Assembly (NCBI RefSeq): GCF_006345805.1
Contig: NC_043024.1
Coordinates: 8,308,001-8,372,000, forward strand
Source: Octopus sinensis
Lineage: Eukaryota
Length of the DNA: 64,000 nt
Reading direction: 5' to 3'
This document shows positions 35,034 to 49,487 of this stretch, piece by piece (position 1 is the stretch's first letter; the number at the start of each line of letters is the position of its first letter). A program made the translations under genes and the position numbers. A model generated the notes under the pieces. The model ran no database searches and was not told the origin of the DNA. It saw nothing but the letters and a program-made list of their open reading frames with translations.

Positions 35034-36520
35034 CAGGGGTTGGACAAAATAATGGAAACATCTAGAATCACAGCATCATAATTTTGAAATATCTATAAAA
35101 CCGTCAAAAGCTTGTTTCATCGTTTAGCGTCCGCTTTCCATGCTGGCATGGGTTGGACGGTGCAACTGGGGTCTGGGAAGCCAGGAGGCTGCACCAGGCC
35201 CAGTCTGATCTGGCAATGTTTCTATGGCTGGATGTCCTTCCTAACGCCAACCACTCCGTGAGTGTAGTGGATGCTTTTTACGTGCCAGACGAGGCTGGCA
35301 AACGGCCACTATTGGATGGTGCTTTTTACGTGCCACCGGCACAGAGGCCAGGCGAGGCTGGCAATATTTTTTGATTTATTATGAGTGTTGCTTATTATGT
35401 TATGCTAAAATTGTAGTTTCTTTTCAGATATCATCAGAAAAAGTTAATTAAAATTCATTAAAATGACAGATTTATCGGACTTTCAAAGAGGTCAAATTGT
35501 TGGTGCTCGTATGGCAAGCACTAGCGTAACGAAAACAGCCAAAATGTTTGGTGTATCAAGAAGTACTGTCTTGAAAGTAATGTCAGCTTTTGAGAAAGAG
35601 GGAAAAAACCTCCTTGTTGAAACAAAACTCCGGAAGAAAACCAAAACTTTCAGATAGGGACTGTTGGACTTCTATGCGAATTGTTAGAAAGGATTTTGTA
35701 CAGCTCCCAAAATTGCTGCAGAGCTTAATGACAACCTCAAGAACCCAGTTTCCACAAAAAGTGTTTGCCGGGAGCTGCACAAAGCCGGATTTCACGGGAG
35801 GGCTGCAATCAGAAAAGCACTACTTTCAAAAACAAACATCACAAAGCATTTAGAGTGGAGTAAAATCCTATGGGATTGGTCCCCAGAGCAGTGGAAGGAT
35901 GTTATTTTCTCAGAAGAGTCATCCTTTACCTTTTTTCCAACCACCAATTGAGTATACGTGTGGTGATAGCCAAATGAAGTATTTAACCTAGACTGCCTTC
36001 TTCCAACTGTTAAACATGGAGGAGGATCTGTGATGATCTGGGCAGGGGGCTATATCTTGGAAATCTGCCAGCCCAATGGTTTCCCTTCATGGCAGAAATA
36101 ATAGTAAAGACTATTTAAGCATTTAATCTGATCAAATTCATCCTATGGTTGCGGAATTGTTTCTGGAGGGAAACTCAATCCTTCAGGATGATAATGCACC
36201 GGAATGGCACGAGGAACATTCTAGTGAAGTTGAACATCTTATCTGGCCACCACAATCCCCAGATCTCAATATCATTGAACATTTATGGTGCATTTTAGAA
36301 AAGCAAGTAAGGAGTCAATATCCTCCACCATCGTCACTACGAGAACTGAAAACTATTTTAGCTGAAGAATGGAGAAAAATACCTTTGGAAACAGTTCAAA
36401 CTTTGTACGAGTCCATACCTCATAGAATTCAAGCTGTAACTACTGACAAATGTGGTTCTACCCTGTATTCAAATAAATTTGCTTGAAATTTTAAGGTGTT
36501 TCCATTATTTTGTCCAACCC
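35034..36520 (+). mobile_element. Near full-length inactive Tc1-like transposon (transposase 35463-36486 with frameshifts and stops)
   Basis: TA|CAGGGGTTGGACAAAATAATGGAAACA and TGTTTCCATTATTTTGTCCAACCC TIRs; MTDLSDFQRGQIVG...SGRKPKL...QDDNAP...SPDLNIIEHLW; family 4 SINE nested at 35117-35365. Confidence 0.9.
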
Positions 36521-36771
36521 ATATATATATTTATATTTAAAATTAAATAAGGGTAGAAATTGATATTAATCAATTAAAACCAGTGGCCTAGCATATTTAA
36601 AAAAATCTGAAGATTAAAAATTTTTTTACATACAAAATTTAGAGGACTGACCACTAAAAGTGGACAGCCTGTATGCTAGATATAGATGTCAAACTCACCA
36701 TTTTCCATGAAGAATGTGTTCTCAAGAAAAAATTCATCAAAAAATTTATATATATATATATATATACACAC

Positions 36772-36861
<90 letters not shown>

Positions 36862-37189
36862 AATCATGCACTTAAAGCTATAGATAATAACATGCAAAAT
36901 ATAAGGTTGAAAAAACTATTCGGATAGAAACAGTCAAAGGCTGCTCTTAGGAAATGAACCTGCATCTTCTGTAGTCATGATGAGATGTGTGTTTTACCAT
37001 TGGACCAAAGCAATCCTTCGGGTCCCATGGTCACCCATCAACTTTATCAACCTTAAATTGTTTTCCAACCTAATATTTACATGGTATTATTTATAACTTA
37101 TACATGTGGGATTCGAGATATTCTCCAAAAGAATTATTTCACCCCCACCCATCTTTTATCCTTCATCAGATGCAATCTTTGGATGGTGG

Positions 37190-38425
37190 CCATGCTACAG
37201 CACCACCAAGTGTTTAGTGGAACAAATTCGGTGCCAGCGCTTGTTTTATAAGCCTGGCATTTACTCTATCAATCTCTTTTGCCGAACTGCTATAATAAGG
37301 GGACGTAAACAAACCAAGACCGGTTGTCGAGTGATTGTGGAGTACAAACGGACATACAGATACATATGTTCAGTTTCTGTCAAACAAATCCACTCATAAG
37401 GTTTTGGCTGGGCTGGGCCTATAACAGAATACACTTGCACTGGAGTGCCACACAGTGGGACTGAACCCAGAACTATGTGGTTGAGAAGAGAACTTCTTAC
37501 CACACAGCCACGCCTGTGCCTATATGTATGTATGTATGTATGTATGTGTGTATGTGTGTATGTGTGTATGTAGGTGCAGTGGTTGCTGTGTGGCAAAAGT
37601 GCAGGAATGGCTATGTGGTAAGACACTTGCTTTCCAACCACATGGTTCCGGGTTCAGTCCCACTATGTGGCATCTTGGGCAAGTGTCTTCTACTATAGCC
37701 TCGGGCCCACCAAAGCCTTGTGAGTGGATTTGGTAGACGGAAACTGAAAGAAGCACGTATATATATACATATATATATTTATGTATGTATGTAGTTGTGT
37801 ATGTATGTATTTGTCTGTGTTTGTTCCCCCACCATTGCTTGACAACTGATGTTGGTGTGTTTACATCCCTGTAACCTAGCAGTTCATCAAAAGAGAGCAA
37901 TAGAATAAGTACCAGGCTTACAAAGAATAAGACCTGGGGTCGATTTCCATGACTAAAGGTGGTGCTCCAGCATGGCCACAGTCAAATGACTGAAACAAGT
38001 AAAAGAATATATATGTGTGTCGCTGTGTGGTAAGAACCTAATCCCATGGTTCCAGGTTCAGTCCCACTGCGTGGCACCTTGGGCAAGTGTCTTCTGTAGT
38101 CTCGGGCCGGCCAAAGCCTTGTGAGTGGATTTGGTAGACGGAAACTGAAAGAAGCCCGTCATACATTTGTATATATATATATGTGTGTGTGTGCGTGTTT
38201 GTGTCTGTGTGTGTTTGTGTGTGCGTATGTGTGTGTGTGTCCTCCACCATCACTTGACAACCGGTTTTGGTGTGTTTACGTCCCCATAACATAGCGGTTC
38301 GGCAAAAATGATCGACAGAATAAATACCAGATTAAAAAATGTACCTGGGTCGGTTTATTCTACTGAAAATTCAAGGCTGTGCTCCAGCATGACCGCCGTC
38401 AAATGACTGAAACAAGTAAAAAAAT
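37190..38425. mobile_element. Cluster of three family 1 SINEs (- 37190-37520; + 37605-38010; + 38020-38425)
   Basis: Family 1 heads, CORE-like segment and tails. Confidence 0.78.
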
Positions 38426-38799
38426 GAAAGACAAATTGTGTGTATATGTGTGAGTGTTTGTGTGTGTACGCGTGAGTGTATAAAACGTGTGTATATTTGA
38501 AATACGCATGTATGTATGCATATACATACATACATACATGCATGTTTGCACTCATACATATATATATATATATATATATTTGTATACACACATAAAATTG
38601 CACAAGTATATACATGCATACATACTCCTATATATACAAGCACGTGTACACACATATACCATATATATCTATATATACGAATATATATATGTATATATAA
38701 GAAAAGAAGGCGGGTCTCCTTTCCTTGTCGATTCTTTTTTTATTTCTTTTTTAAAATTTTGTTTTTTTTTTCGGGTTAAATTTTCGGTGTCCCTTTCTA

Positions 38800-38860
38800 C
38801 GCATGCTCTGTGGCGGCGCGCCAGTGTCGTCAGCGAGCGATTCACGTGACTCAATCCTCC
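38800..38860 (+). promoter_or_regulatory. CpG-rich candidate promoter segment upstream of PICALM
   Basis: GGCGGCGCGCC...GCGAGCGATTCACGTGACTCA: E-box TCACGTGA (38842-38849) overlapping AP-1-like TGACTCA (38847-38853). Motif match only. Confidence 0.4.
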
Positions 38861-39329
38861 TTCCTCCTTCTCCTCCTCCAGCTCCTCGTTTACCTCCTCC
38901 TCCTCCAGCTCCTCATTTACCTTCTCCTCCTCCTCCCCAACAGGCGCTGCTGCTGTTACAGTTTCTGCAGTTCTTACTCCTACTGCTGTCACACTAGCTT
39001 TCCTTCACCTCCTCCTCCTTCTCCTCCTCCTTCTTCTCCTCCTCCTCCTTCTCCGCTAGTCATCTTTCTCTATCTCTCTTACTCTTCCTCATTATCCTTC
39101 TCTCACTATCACTACATATCTTTTACCTTTCCCACACCCCGTCTCACTTCTTGTCTTTCTTTCGCTCTTTCTCACTCCTTCACTTTTCCTTGCTTCCCTC
39201 TCCCTTTATTCTCTTTCTCTCGCTTTCTTTCTTTTTCTTTTCTCTTTTCCCCATCATTTCTTTTTTTCTCTCTCTAATTTTCTTTTTCCTCCTTCTCCCT
39301 CCTTTTTATTGCTTTCCCTCGCTCTAGAT

Positions 39330-40100
39330 TTCAATCTCTCGCGCACTCTCTCACTCTCTGTCTTTCATTGTCGCCGCTTTTCTCCTCGTTTCCCTCCCTG
39401 TATTTCTCTTCCTTTCACTCCTCCCTCATCCTTCTCACTCTTCCTACCCGGTTTTGTCTCTCTTCCTCTTTCTTTTACTCTATCTTTACTCTATCTAATT
39501 CTCTCTTTCCCTCGTTCTAGATTTCAATCTGTCTCTCAAACTCTCTCTCCCTCTCCCACTCTCTCTCTTTAACTGTCGCCGCTTTTCTCCTCGCTTCCCT
39601 CCCTGTATCTCTTTCCCTTTCACTCCTCCCTCATACTTCCTACTCTTCCTACCCGGTTTTTTCTCTCTGCCTCTTTCTTTCACTCTATCTAATTCTCTCT
39701 TTCCCTCGTTCTAGATTTCAATCTGTCTCTCAAACTCTCTCTCCCTCTCCCACTCTCTCTCTTTCACTGTCGTCGCTTCCCTCCCTGTATCTCTTTCCCT
39801 CACTCCTCCCTCATCCTTCCTACTCTTCCTACCCGGTTTTTTCTCTCTGCCTCTTTCTTTCACTCTATCTAATTCTCTCTTTCCCTCGTTCTAGATTTCA
39901 ATCTGTCTCTCAAACTCTCTCTCCCTCTCCCACTCTCTCTCTTTCACTGTCGTCGCTTCCCTCCCTGTATTTCTCTTCCTTTCACTCCTCCCTCATACTT
40001 CCTACTCTTCCTACCCGGTTTTTTCCTCTCACTCTCTTTCTCTCACTCTATCTAATTCTCCCTCCCTCTCCCTCTAATTCTCTCTATCTGTCTCTCTCTC
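39330..40100 (+). repeat. Pyrimidine-rich tandem repeat (~180-bp period)
   Basis: CTAGATTTCAATCT...CTACCCGGTTTT recurs (e.g. 39711 and 39891). Confidence 0.85.
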
Positions 40101-41310
40101 CTTTACCGGTTAGTCCTGCTGCTGCTGCTGTTTACTCCAGCTTTCTCGCCATCTTGGAGAGAGTGTGTGTTGTTGTTGTCAGCTTGAGACAAGAAGACGA
40201 AGCACTGACTTCTGTCTACACAATATATATATATAACAACATATATATATACACATATAGATTCGATATACACTGGCTTAAACAAAAAAGAATAATTCGC
40301 TTCAACCCCTCCCAAGATTTCCCCCCGTACACATAACCACACACACATTTCTACACAGATATATACACATACATACATACATACATAGATATACACACAT
40401 TCATACATATATACACACATAAATATATATATATATATATACACATACAATCACGTATATATATATATATATATATATATATAGGCACACATACTTTCGT
40501 CTGTAAATACAGAATCATATCTATATATTTATCTACATACATACACTTGTATCTACACATATCTATCTACACCTCTCTGTTTCCATATATATATATATAC
40601 ACTCATATATACACATACGTATAATAACAAGGAACATCATCAGATCTTCAGCTGCTGCCACTGCAATCAAAGAAACAAGACAGATTTCCATGTTCTGGTC
40701 TCCTTCTACATATATTTGCCAAGGTGGACATACACCACCCACCTCAGACATCCCAGGCTCTGGACTGACCATTTAAATTTAAGGCTCCACTCCACATCCC
40801 AGATTCTCACCCCTAACCCTTCCTTACATTTCCTAGAATCTCTGTATCTATTTCATCCCTTAATTTTCTCTATCCCCACCTCTCACATATAATAATATAT
40901 AATATATATAAATAAAATATATATATATATATATTTATATAAATTTATATACACACATAACACATATATACATTAGTTCAACTTTGTGGTGGTGGTTAAG
41001 CTCACATCATTTTCAATGTATTTTATCCATTTTCTTCCCGAAAAAAACTATATTGCCACCAAAACCCACCATCGAATGGAAAATATATAACAGCAGCAAT
41101 AACATCAACTACAATAAAATAATATAATATTGATAATATTAATAATAATAACAACATTATTATTATTATTATTATTAATATTAACAACCTACCCTCTAGG
41201 AAACATACATCTAATTAAAGACTAGCCCCCCCTAAACGCCCTCTGAAAGCCCAAAAAAACATATACTTTGACAAGGAGCACCTGCCGTGGCATCTACACC
41301 AATATCCATC

Positions 41311-41440
41311 ATGTCGGGTCAGAGTATTATGGACCGCGTTAATGCGGCCAGACACAGCATCGCTGGTCAAGGGCTGGCCAAATCTGTGTGTAAGGCCACC
41401 ACAGAGGAAATCATGGGACCAAAGAAGAAGCATCTTGATT
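41311..41440 (+). CDS. PICALM: PICALM/SNAP91 (AP180, lap, unc-11) ANTH-domain clathrin assembly protein, coding exon 1; rest of gene outside window
   Basis: [43 protein letters not shown] matches the ANTH N-terminus, including the PIP2-binding KKKH motif. 130 nt followed by GTGAGT donor at 41441. Confidence 0.94.
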
Positions 41441-41738
41441 GTGAGTATAATATTTGGATATATAGATGTTTGTGTTTGTATATATATATATATATGTGTG
41501 TGTGTGTATATATATGTGTATATATATATGTATATATGTGTATATATATATATGTATAGATATGTATATATATATGTATATATATGTACATATATATGTA
41601 TATATATGTACATATATATGTATATATATGTACATATATATGTATATATATGTACATATATATGTATATATATGTACATATATATGTATATATATATGTT
41701 ATATATATGATATGTACATATATATGTATATGTACATA

Positions 41739-41784
<46 letters not shown>

Positions 41785-42540
41785 ATATATATGTATGTAT
41801 ATATATATGTATGTATATATATATATGTATGTATATATATATATGTATGTATATATATATATGTATGTATAATATATATGTATGTATATATATATATGTA
41901 TGTATATATATATATGTATGTATATATATATGTATAATATGTATATATATATATATGTGGTGTCTATGTTACAACATGCCTTTAAGTGTGTTTAATGTCT
42001 ATATAAATGTGATATATGGGTGCATATATGCATAAGATGTATGCATAAATATGTGAACATATATATATATATTTTGTGTGTATATTTATTTATGGTGATA
42101 TATGTTGTATGTAATGTGATGATGTGTATATGTAGTGGCTTTACACAAATATAATGTATGTATATTTATGTATATATGGTGTATGTATATACATGTATGA
42201 TGTATGTTTATGTATGTATGTGTATATATATATAATGATGTATGTATGCATCTACATGTGATGTGTGTATATAAATGTATGTGTGCACATGTATGATCTA
42301 TGTACACATACACACATGTATATATGATGTATGCATATATGATATAGACATGTATAATATCTGCATGTGATGGATGTTTGTGACTAGTATATGTTTGTGT
42401 GTGTATATAGATGTGTATATGTGTTGAATATATACATATATATATATGTGTGTAAGCAGATATGCAAAGGCTGCGAGTAGTATGTAGATGGATGGATGTA
42501 TAGTGAATTTAATATGCGTATTTGTATGATGGGTGTATAT

Positions 42541-42597
<57 letters not shown>

Positions 42598-42822
42598 CAT
42601 GTACATATGTGATGGATGCTTCTGTACATATGATTGTATGTATAGTGCCTGTGTATATACACAGATATATAACCATATATATATAATACATATATGCATT
42701 ATATATATATATACACATATATGATATATATATATATATACACACTCACGACACAAACCAAACCCGAAACCCGCCTTCCTATTTCTTCATTTCCTGCTGA
42801 ATTTGTCAGGTTTTGCAAGACA

Positions 42823-42854
<32 letters not shown>

Positions 42855-44348
42855 TTTCTTCCTAAACGAAGTGTGTTGTTTGTTTTTGTTTGTCCTTTCT
42901 GGATAATTTCAGAATCTCTCATTATCCTCAATTAATATAACGACTCTCATTATTATTATTATTATTACTAGTATTATTATTATTATTATTATTACTAATT
43001 AACTCAACCTACACACCAACCAATAAACCAGCCAGTTCCTTCTGTCTCCATGAGTTTCTGTTTTTTTCTCAGAAGAATTTTTCAAATCTCTCGCCTTGTG
43101 ATAGTTTTTGGTGATGTGTAATATATATATATGTATATATATGTATATATATATGGTGTCTATGTTACAACATGCCTTTAAGTGTGTTTAATGTCTATAT
43201 AAATGTGATATATGGGTGCATATATGCATAAGATGTATGCATAATTATGTGAACATATATATATATTGTGTGTATATGTTTGTGTGTGTGTAAGCAAATA
43301 TGCGAAGGCTGCGAGCAGTTCTGCCCTTGTGGCTAATTAAGAATCCATCGTCATTAATTACCCTATTAATAGTATCAATTATTATTGTTGTTATTTGATT
43401 CCGAAGCAATCATGGTCATAATTGATTGATGATGGGCATCTTGTCATCCGTTACCCCGTGGCAAATAAAACGGTTATTATTATTATTAATTATTATTGGT
43501 AAAATGCTAAGCGGCATTTCGTCCGTCTTTACGTTCTGAGTTCAAACTCCGCCGACGTCGATTTTGCCTTTCATCTGTTTGGGGGTCGATGTAATCGACT
43601 AGCTGCTCCCTCCCACCAAATTCCAGGCTTCCTGCCTACAGTAGAAAGGATTATTATTATTATTATTAATCAGGTGTAAACTCCCTTCTCACGACCCCCA
43701 GTTGATTTCCTTTAACAATCTTCTCCTGTCACCTTATAAATTCTTGTCCTTGTGGCAAATATGATTCCACCCTCCCCTCCTCATCTTTCTGTCATCGTTA
43801 TCTCATTTCACCCTTCTTTCATTTTCCGCATCTTTTTATGTACCCCCTCCTCTCACAAATTCTAAACTGTCCTTGTGATGTCCCCTTCTCTCGTCTGATA
43901 CCCTTGTGACAAATAGTAAAAAAAAAAAAAAAAAACCGTATCGATATTATTAACAATAACGAAACCAAACCTTCCTTGGATTTTGCTCAGATATCTCTGT
44001 GTTTATGATATGTCTGATGCCTTGGCTAATGATATGTTTTAATATGATGTGATGTCTTAGTAGTGTTAATACTAAGTGTGTCTGTGTGTGTGCATGTGTG
44101 TGTCCTTATTGCGGCCTCATCTTTCTTGGAGATTTTCTAGACATCAAGTGATATCATTATGAAATAGAATGATATCATTATGATTATTGACGCTGGCTGG
44201 ATTCGTGTTCGCCATTTGCAGCAACTTTTTGTGTGCCCCTCCCTCTTCTGTCACCCTTGTGGCAAATAAATCCTTAAATCCTTAAAAAAATCCTTTAAAA
44301 ATGTTTTAGCCCGAAGGCCGCGGCCATGCTGGGGCACCACCGCTGAAA

Positions 44349-44360
44349 GGTATTTTTCGA

Positions 44361-44394
<34 letters not shown>

Positions 44395-44455
44395 GAATCG
44401 AACTCGGAATCTTGGGGTCAGTAGCCCGCGCTTTTAACCACTACGCCATGTGCCC
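44349..44455 (-). mobile_element. Truncated second copy of the tRNA-head/hammerhead family (head plus linker only)
   Basis: GGGCACATGGCGTAGTGGTTAAAAGCGCGGGCTACTGACCCCAAGATTCCGAGTTCGATTC-(AAT)n-AACATCGAAAAATACC, shared with 32907-33072. Confidence 0.7.
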
Positions 44456-44740
44456 AGGCACAGGGCCTGAAATTTTGTTGGGGGGGGGTGGGGTGGGGGT
44501 AGTTGATTATATTGACCTCCAATGTTTAACTGGTATTTGTTTTATTGAAAATATGGAAGGCAAATTTGGCCTCTGTAGAATCTCAACTGAGAACATAACA
44601 ATCCAAAAGAAATGCTGCTAAGAATTTTGTCTTATTCGTAAATGATTGTACCAGGCTAATTAATACATTATTATCATTTAAGGTGGTTAGCTGGCAGAAT
44701 TGTTACTGCACCAGACAAAATGCTTAATGCCATTTCATTT

Positions 44741-45270
44741 GGTTTGAGTTCTAATACCACCGAAGTCATCTTTGCCTCTCATCCTTCTGGGGCCGTTAAA
44801 ATAAGTACCAGCTGAGCACTGGTGTCAAGGTAATCACTTTGTCCCCTTCCACGAACTTGCTGGTCTTGTGCCAAAATTTAAAACCATTTTTATTATTTAA
44901 GGTGGTGAAAGGCGATGGTTTGAGTTCTAATGCCACCAAAGTCATCTTTGCCCTTCATCCTTTTGGGGTCATTAAAATAAGTCCCAGCTGAGCACTGGTG
45001 TCAAGGTAATCACTTTGCCCCCTTCCGTGAACTTGCTGGTCTTGTGCCAAAATTTAAAACCATTTTTATTATTTAAGGTGGTGAAAGGCGATGGTTTGAG
45101 TTCTAATGCCACTGAGGTCATCTTTGCCTCTCATCCTTTTGGGGCCGTTAAAATAAGTACCAGCTGAGCACTGGTGTCGAGGTAATCACTTTGTCCCCTT
45201 CCGCGAACTTGCTGGTCTTGTTCCAAAATTTAAAACCATTTTTATTATTTAAGGTGGTGAAAGGTGACGA
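44741..45270 (+). repeat. 176-bp tandem array of a Meta-like SINE derivative
   Basis: GGTTTGAGTTCTAAT at 44741, 44917, 45093; further related monomers to about 45690. Confidence 0.85.
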
Positions 45271-46699
45271 GCTGGCAGAATCATTAGCACGCCGGGCAAA
45301 ATGCATAGGGGTATTTCGCCCGTTGCTATGTTTGGAGTTCAAATTCCGTCGAGGTCGACTTTGCTTTTCATCCTTTCAGGGTCGATAAACTTAGTACCAA
45401 TTGAGCACTGGTGTCAATGTAATTGATTTGTCTCCTCCCCCGAACTCGCTGGTCTTGTTCCAAAATTTAAAACCATTTTTATTATTTAAGGTGGTGAGCT
45501 GGTAGAATCGTTACTGCACCAGACAAAATGCTCAATAACTTTTCTACTGGCTTTACATCCTGAGTTTCAATGCCACCGTGGTTGACTTTGTCTTTCATCA
45601 TTTTGTGGTCAATAAAATTAAGTACCAGGGGTCCATGTAATTGACTTGTCCCTTCTACCAAAATTTCTGGCCTCATGCCTATAGTAGAAATGATTATTAT
45701 TGTTGCATGATATTGTCAAAAGTGATTTGTATTTTGGCATAAATCCTTCACAATTGTTATAGAGAATAGAACAGAGAGAGCATTGTGTGTTGTCTTTGAG
45801 TTGAACCCTTGGTTCATGACTTGCCATGTTAAATATTCTGGGATGATTTTCCCCACCTACATGCACTTAGAGGCCAACAAAAGTTTCCCAAGATGGTCAT
45901 CCCTCAGAATAATAGCCAAATCTCCTTCAAATCACATACTGTTGTTTTAGGCAGAAAGCTAGCTATTCTGAGGACAGGGGTTTAATTTATATCATTGATT
46001 CAAATATGGGACTGGTACTTCATTTTATCATCCCGAGAAGGAATCAAAAGTGGTATTGGCCTTAATGTGGATTTGTGCTTCAAATGTAAAGAACTAGAAA
46101 GGATGCTATTAAACATTAGTTTTCCCAAATCTCTAACAATTTTACCTGTTTAGATTGCACAGGGTCAGAAATTTGGTGAGAAGGGAACAACTCATTATAT
46201 TGACTCCCCAGAAAGATGAAAGGACAATGTTAACCTTGAAATTTGAACTAGTGCTGCAAAGAATTTAAAAAATTTTTTCTAAACATTCTAATGTGACTAC
46301 AGTGTATAATGTAGACCAGGACATGACAAAATGTGGGTTGGTCACAGCTAAAGTGCTTTTGACCATGTATCTGCTCAGGGTGTGACCTATAGCAAGACAT
46401 TTTATGTCAATGACTTCTTGTTTAAGGATGAGGCCTGAACAATTGCTGATATAGATCTTGGTACATAGTTGGTATTTTACTATATTGTTCTCCCTCCAAA
46501 AATAGGAAAGGTCAAGAAGTGCTGATCTCAGCAAGATTTGAACTCAGGACATAAGAGGCCAGCTGCCCCACACTTCAATGCTTCTGCTAATCCACCAGAA
46601 TAAAAATCAAATCCGTTAGGAATTAATATCCTTTCCGATTTTGACGCAGGGCTGGCAATTTTGAGGGGAGTGGGGAAGTTGATTACATTAATCCTATTT

Positions 46700-47108
46700 C
46701 TTTATTGCCCACAAGGGGCTAAACACAGAGGGGACAAACAAGGACAGACAGACGGATTAAGTCGATTATATCGATCCCAGTATGTAACTGGTACTTATTT
46801 AATCGACCCCGAGAGGATGAAAGGTAAAGTCAACCTCGGCGGAATTTGAACTCAGAATGTAACGGCGGACGAAATACCTATTTCTTTACTACCCACAAGG
46901 GGCTAAACACAGAGGGGACAAACAAGGACAGACACGGATTAAGTTGATTACATCGACCCCAGTGCGTAACTGGTACTTATTTAATCAACCCCGAAAGGAT
47001 GAAAGACAAAGTCGACCTCGGCGGAATTTGAACTCAGAACGTAACGACGGATGAAATACTGCTAAGCATTTCGCCCGGCGTGCTAACGTTTCTGCCAGCT
47101 CACCGCCT
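46700..47108 (-). mobile_element. Dimeric Meta-domain-like SINE
   Basis: Reverse complement of 19582-19996. Confidence 0.8.
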
Positions 47109-47883
47109 TAATCCTGGTGTAACCCTGAAAGGATAAAAGGCAGAGTTGACCTCAGTAGGATTTGAACCCACAATGTAAAGCTGAAAGAAATACTATCAGG
47201 CATTTTGTCTGGCATGTTAATGCTTCTACCAACTCACTGTCTTGCACTACGAATTAATATTATTATCCTTCTTACCACATTCCATCAGGGATTGAAATTC
47301 CATTAATGGTCAAGTTTGCCTTCCAACTAGCCATCCTGCCCTTCTAAACCCTTTAGTAACACTAACACTAGTACCTATTTCTTTATTACCCACAAGGGGC
47401 TAAACATAGAGGAGACAGACATAGGTATTAAGTCGATTACATCGACCCCAATGCTTAACTGGTACTTAATTTATCGACCCCCGAAAGGACGCGAAAGGCA
47501 AAGTCGACCTCACTAGTACCAGTAATAGACGTGGGTTTAAAAGTGGGTGGGTTCATCCGAATGACTATACACACACCCTTGTTCCACAGCACTTGAAGAA
47601 ACCCTTGAAATTAGAGACCACGACGGACAGAAACCGACATTGTGTGTGTGTGTGTGTGTTATTTCGAATTAGTCTCAAGTCTAATTAATGACCGCTACTG
47701 AGCATGATGACAAACTGATGACGACAAATTAATTAGTTCCTCGTGTTGTATGTCTTATATTTCACTCTTTGGAACAGTTTTTTTTTTGAGAAAATATCTT
47801 CGTTTAAACTGTTTCTGTTTGGTGTCAAAGAATTGCTTTATTTGTGCGCGCCTGCCTGTTTCATATCAGTATTATATATATAC

Positions 47884-47929
<46 letters not shown>

Positions 47930-48442
47930 ATGTGTGTCTTTCATATAAATATTTATATATGTGTGTGATTCATGTATGTATGTATATCTATCTGTTTCAT
48001 GAATTAGCGACCGAGTGATTCATTAGCTTTTCACGAGTGTATAAATTCTACATGCATTGCGTTCACTTCCTCTCGCTTGTGCACTCCAGCAGTGTATATG
48101 TGTATAATACACATCATCTGTATGTACACACACACACGTATGTACCTATGTATGTATATAAACCGCTTACCCTACATAACGAATACACCCCTCAATCTTT
48201 CACTGCTAAAACCAACGTGTATACGTCTGTGTGTAAAATATATATATATATATACACACACACACATATGTACATACCTACATATATATGTATATATACA
48301 TGTATATATGGGTACAGGACATCAATATATATATAGTGTGATTTGCACTTTCTCGTGTTATTTCATTGTAGCCATTAATATATAGTTATTAATTGTATTT
48401 TTTGATAATATATTATTTATTATAACAGCGAAGATTGTCTTA

Positions 48443-48494
<52 letters not shown>

Positions 48495-48509
48495 GATATA
48501 TATATATAT

Positions 48510-48966
48510 ATATATATTATACAATATGTGTGTGTGTGTATATTATACGTGTATGTATATATGAGAACTAGGCAGTGTGTCGGCGATGTTTGAAGCCGAA
48601 AAAAAAAATTAGGCTAGCCGGGTGTATTTAAAATATGTGTTGTCATCAGATGATTAAACATACATTCGTGTGTATATGTATGTGTGTCATTGCGTGTGTG
48701 TGTGTTTAATGCTTGTTTCAAATCTTCCAGTCTTTTATACGTTTTCGAATGAGAATCATTTCTGGAAATATTTAGCCTGATACAATTATTTTGGAAATAT
48801 GAAAACACGAATTGGGGTGGGTGGGTGGCTAAACAGGGTGTGACTTCGAAGTTACTGTGTCCCCTGTTCTTGTAAAAAAAAAAAAAACTATAATAGATAT
48901 CCTACAAAAGGAATTAGTTCGTCAATTTCATGTATGTATGTATGTATGTATGTATGTATGTATGTA

Positions 48967-49039
<73 letters not shown>

Positions 49040-49129
49040 CGTGCTTGGTGTTACGAACAGGAAGAACAGAACTCAGAACACACACGTATATATATAATGT
49101 ACAATAAAGAAGAATGGAGTGTGTGTGCG

Positions 49130-49162
<33 letters not shown>

Positions 49163-49411
49163 ATGCAAAGAGCTAAAAACCACTAGGTGGTCAGCCGTAT
49201 GCTAGAAGTAGATCACCTGCGGTCAAACTACAAAGAAAATGATCGTAGGTGATCTACTTCTAGCATACGGCTGACCACCTAGTGGTTTTTAGCCCTTTGA
49301 ATATACACATGTATTAGAATTTTCTCTGATTTTTCCAGATTTTTGTATGCTAGGCTACTGGTTTTAAATTGATATTAATTAAATTAATATTCAATTTATC
49401 CCTCTCATTAT

Positions 49412-49487
<76 letters not shown>

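Noticed and set aside
36690-36735. Hammerhead-like ATGAAGA...GAAA
   Set aside because: No stem II or stem I pairing.
40563-40772. 69-aa minus-strand ORF upstream of PICALM
   Set aside because: Non-ATG start, runs into microsatellite, no recognisable motif; more likely 5' UTR or intron sequence.
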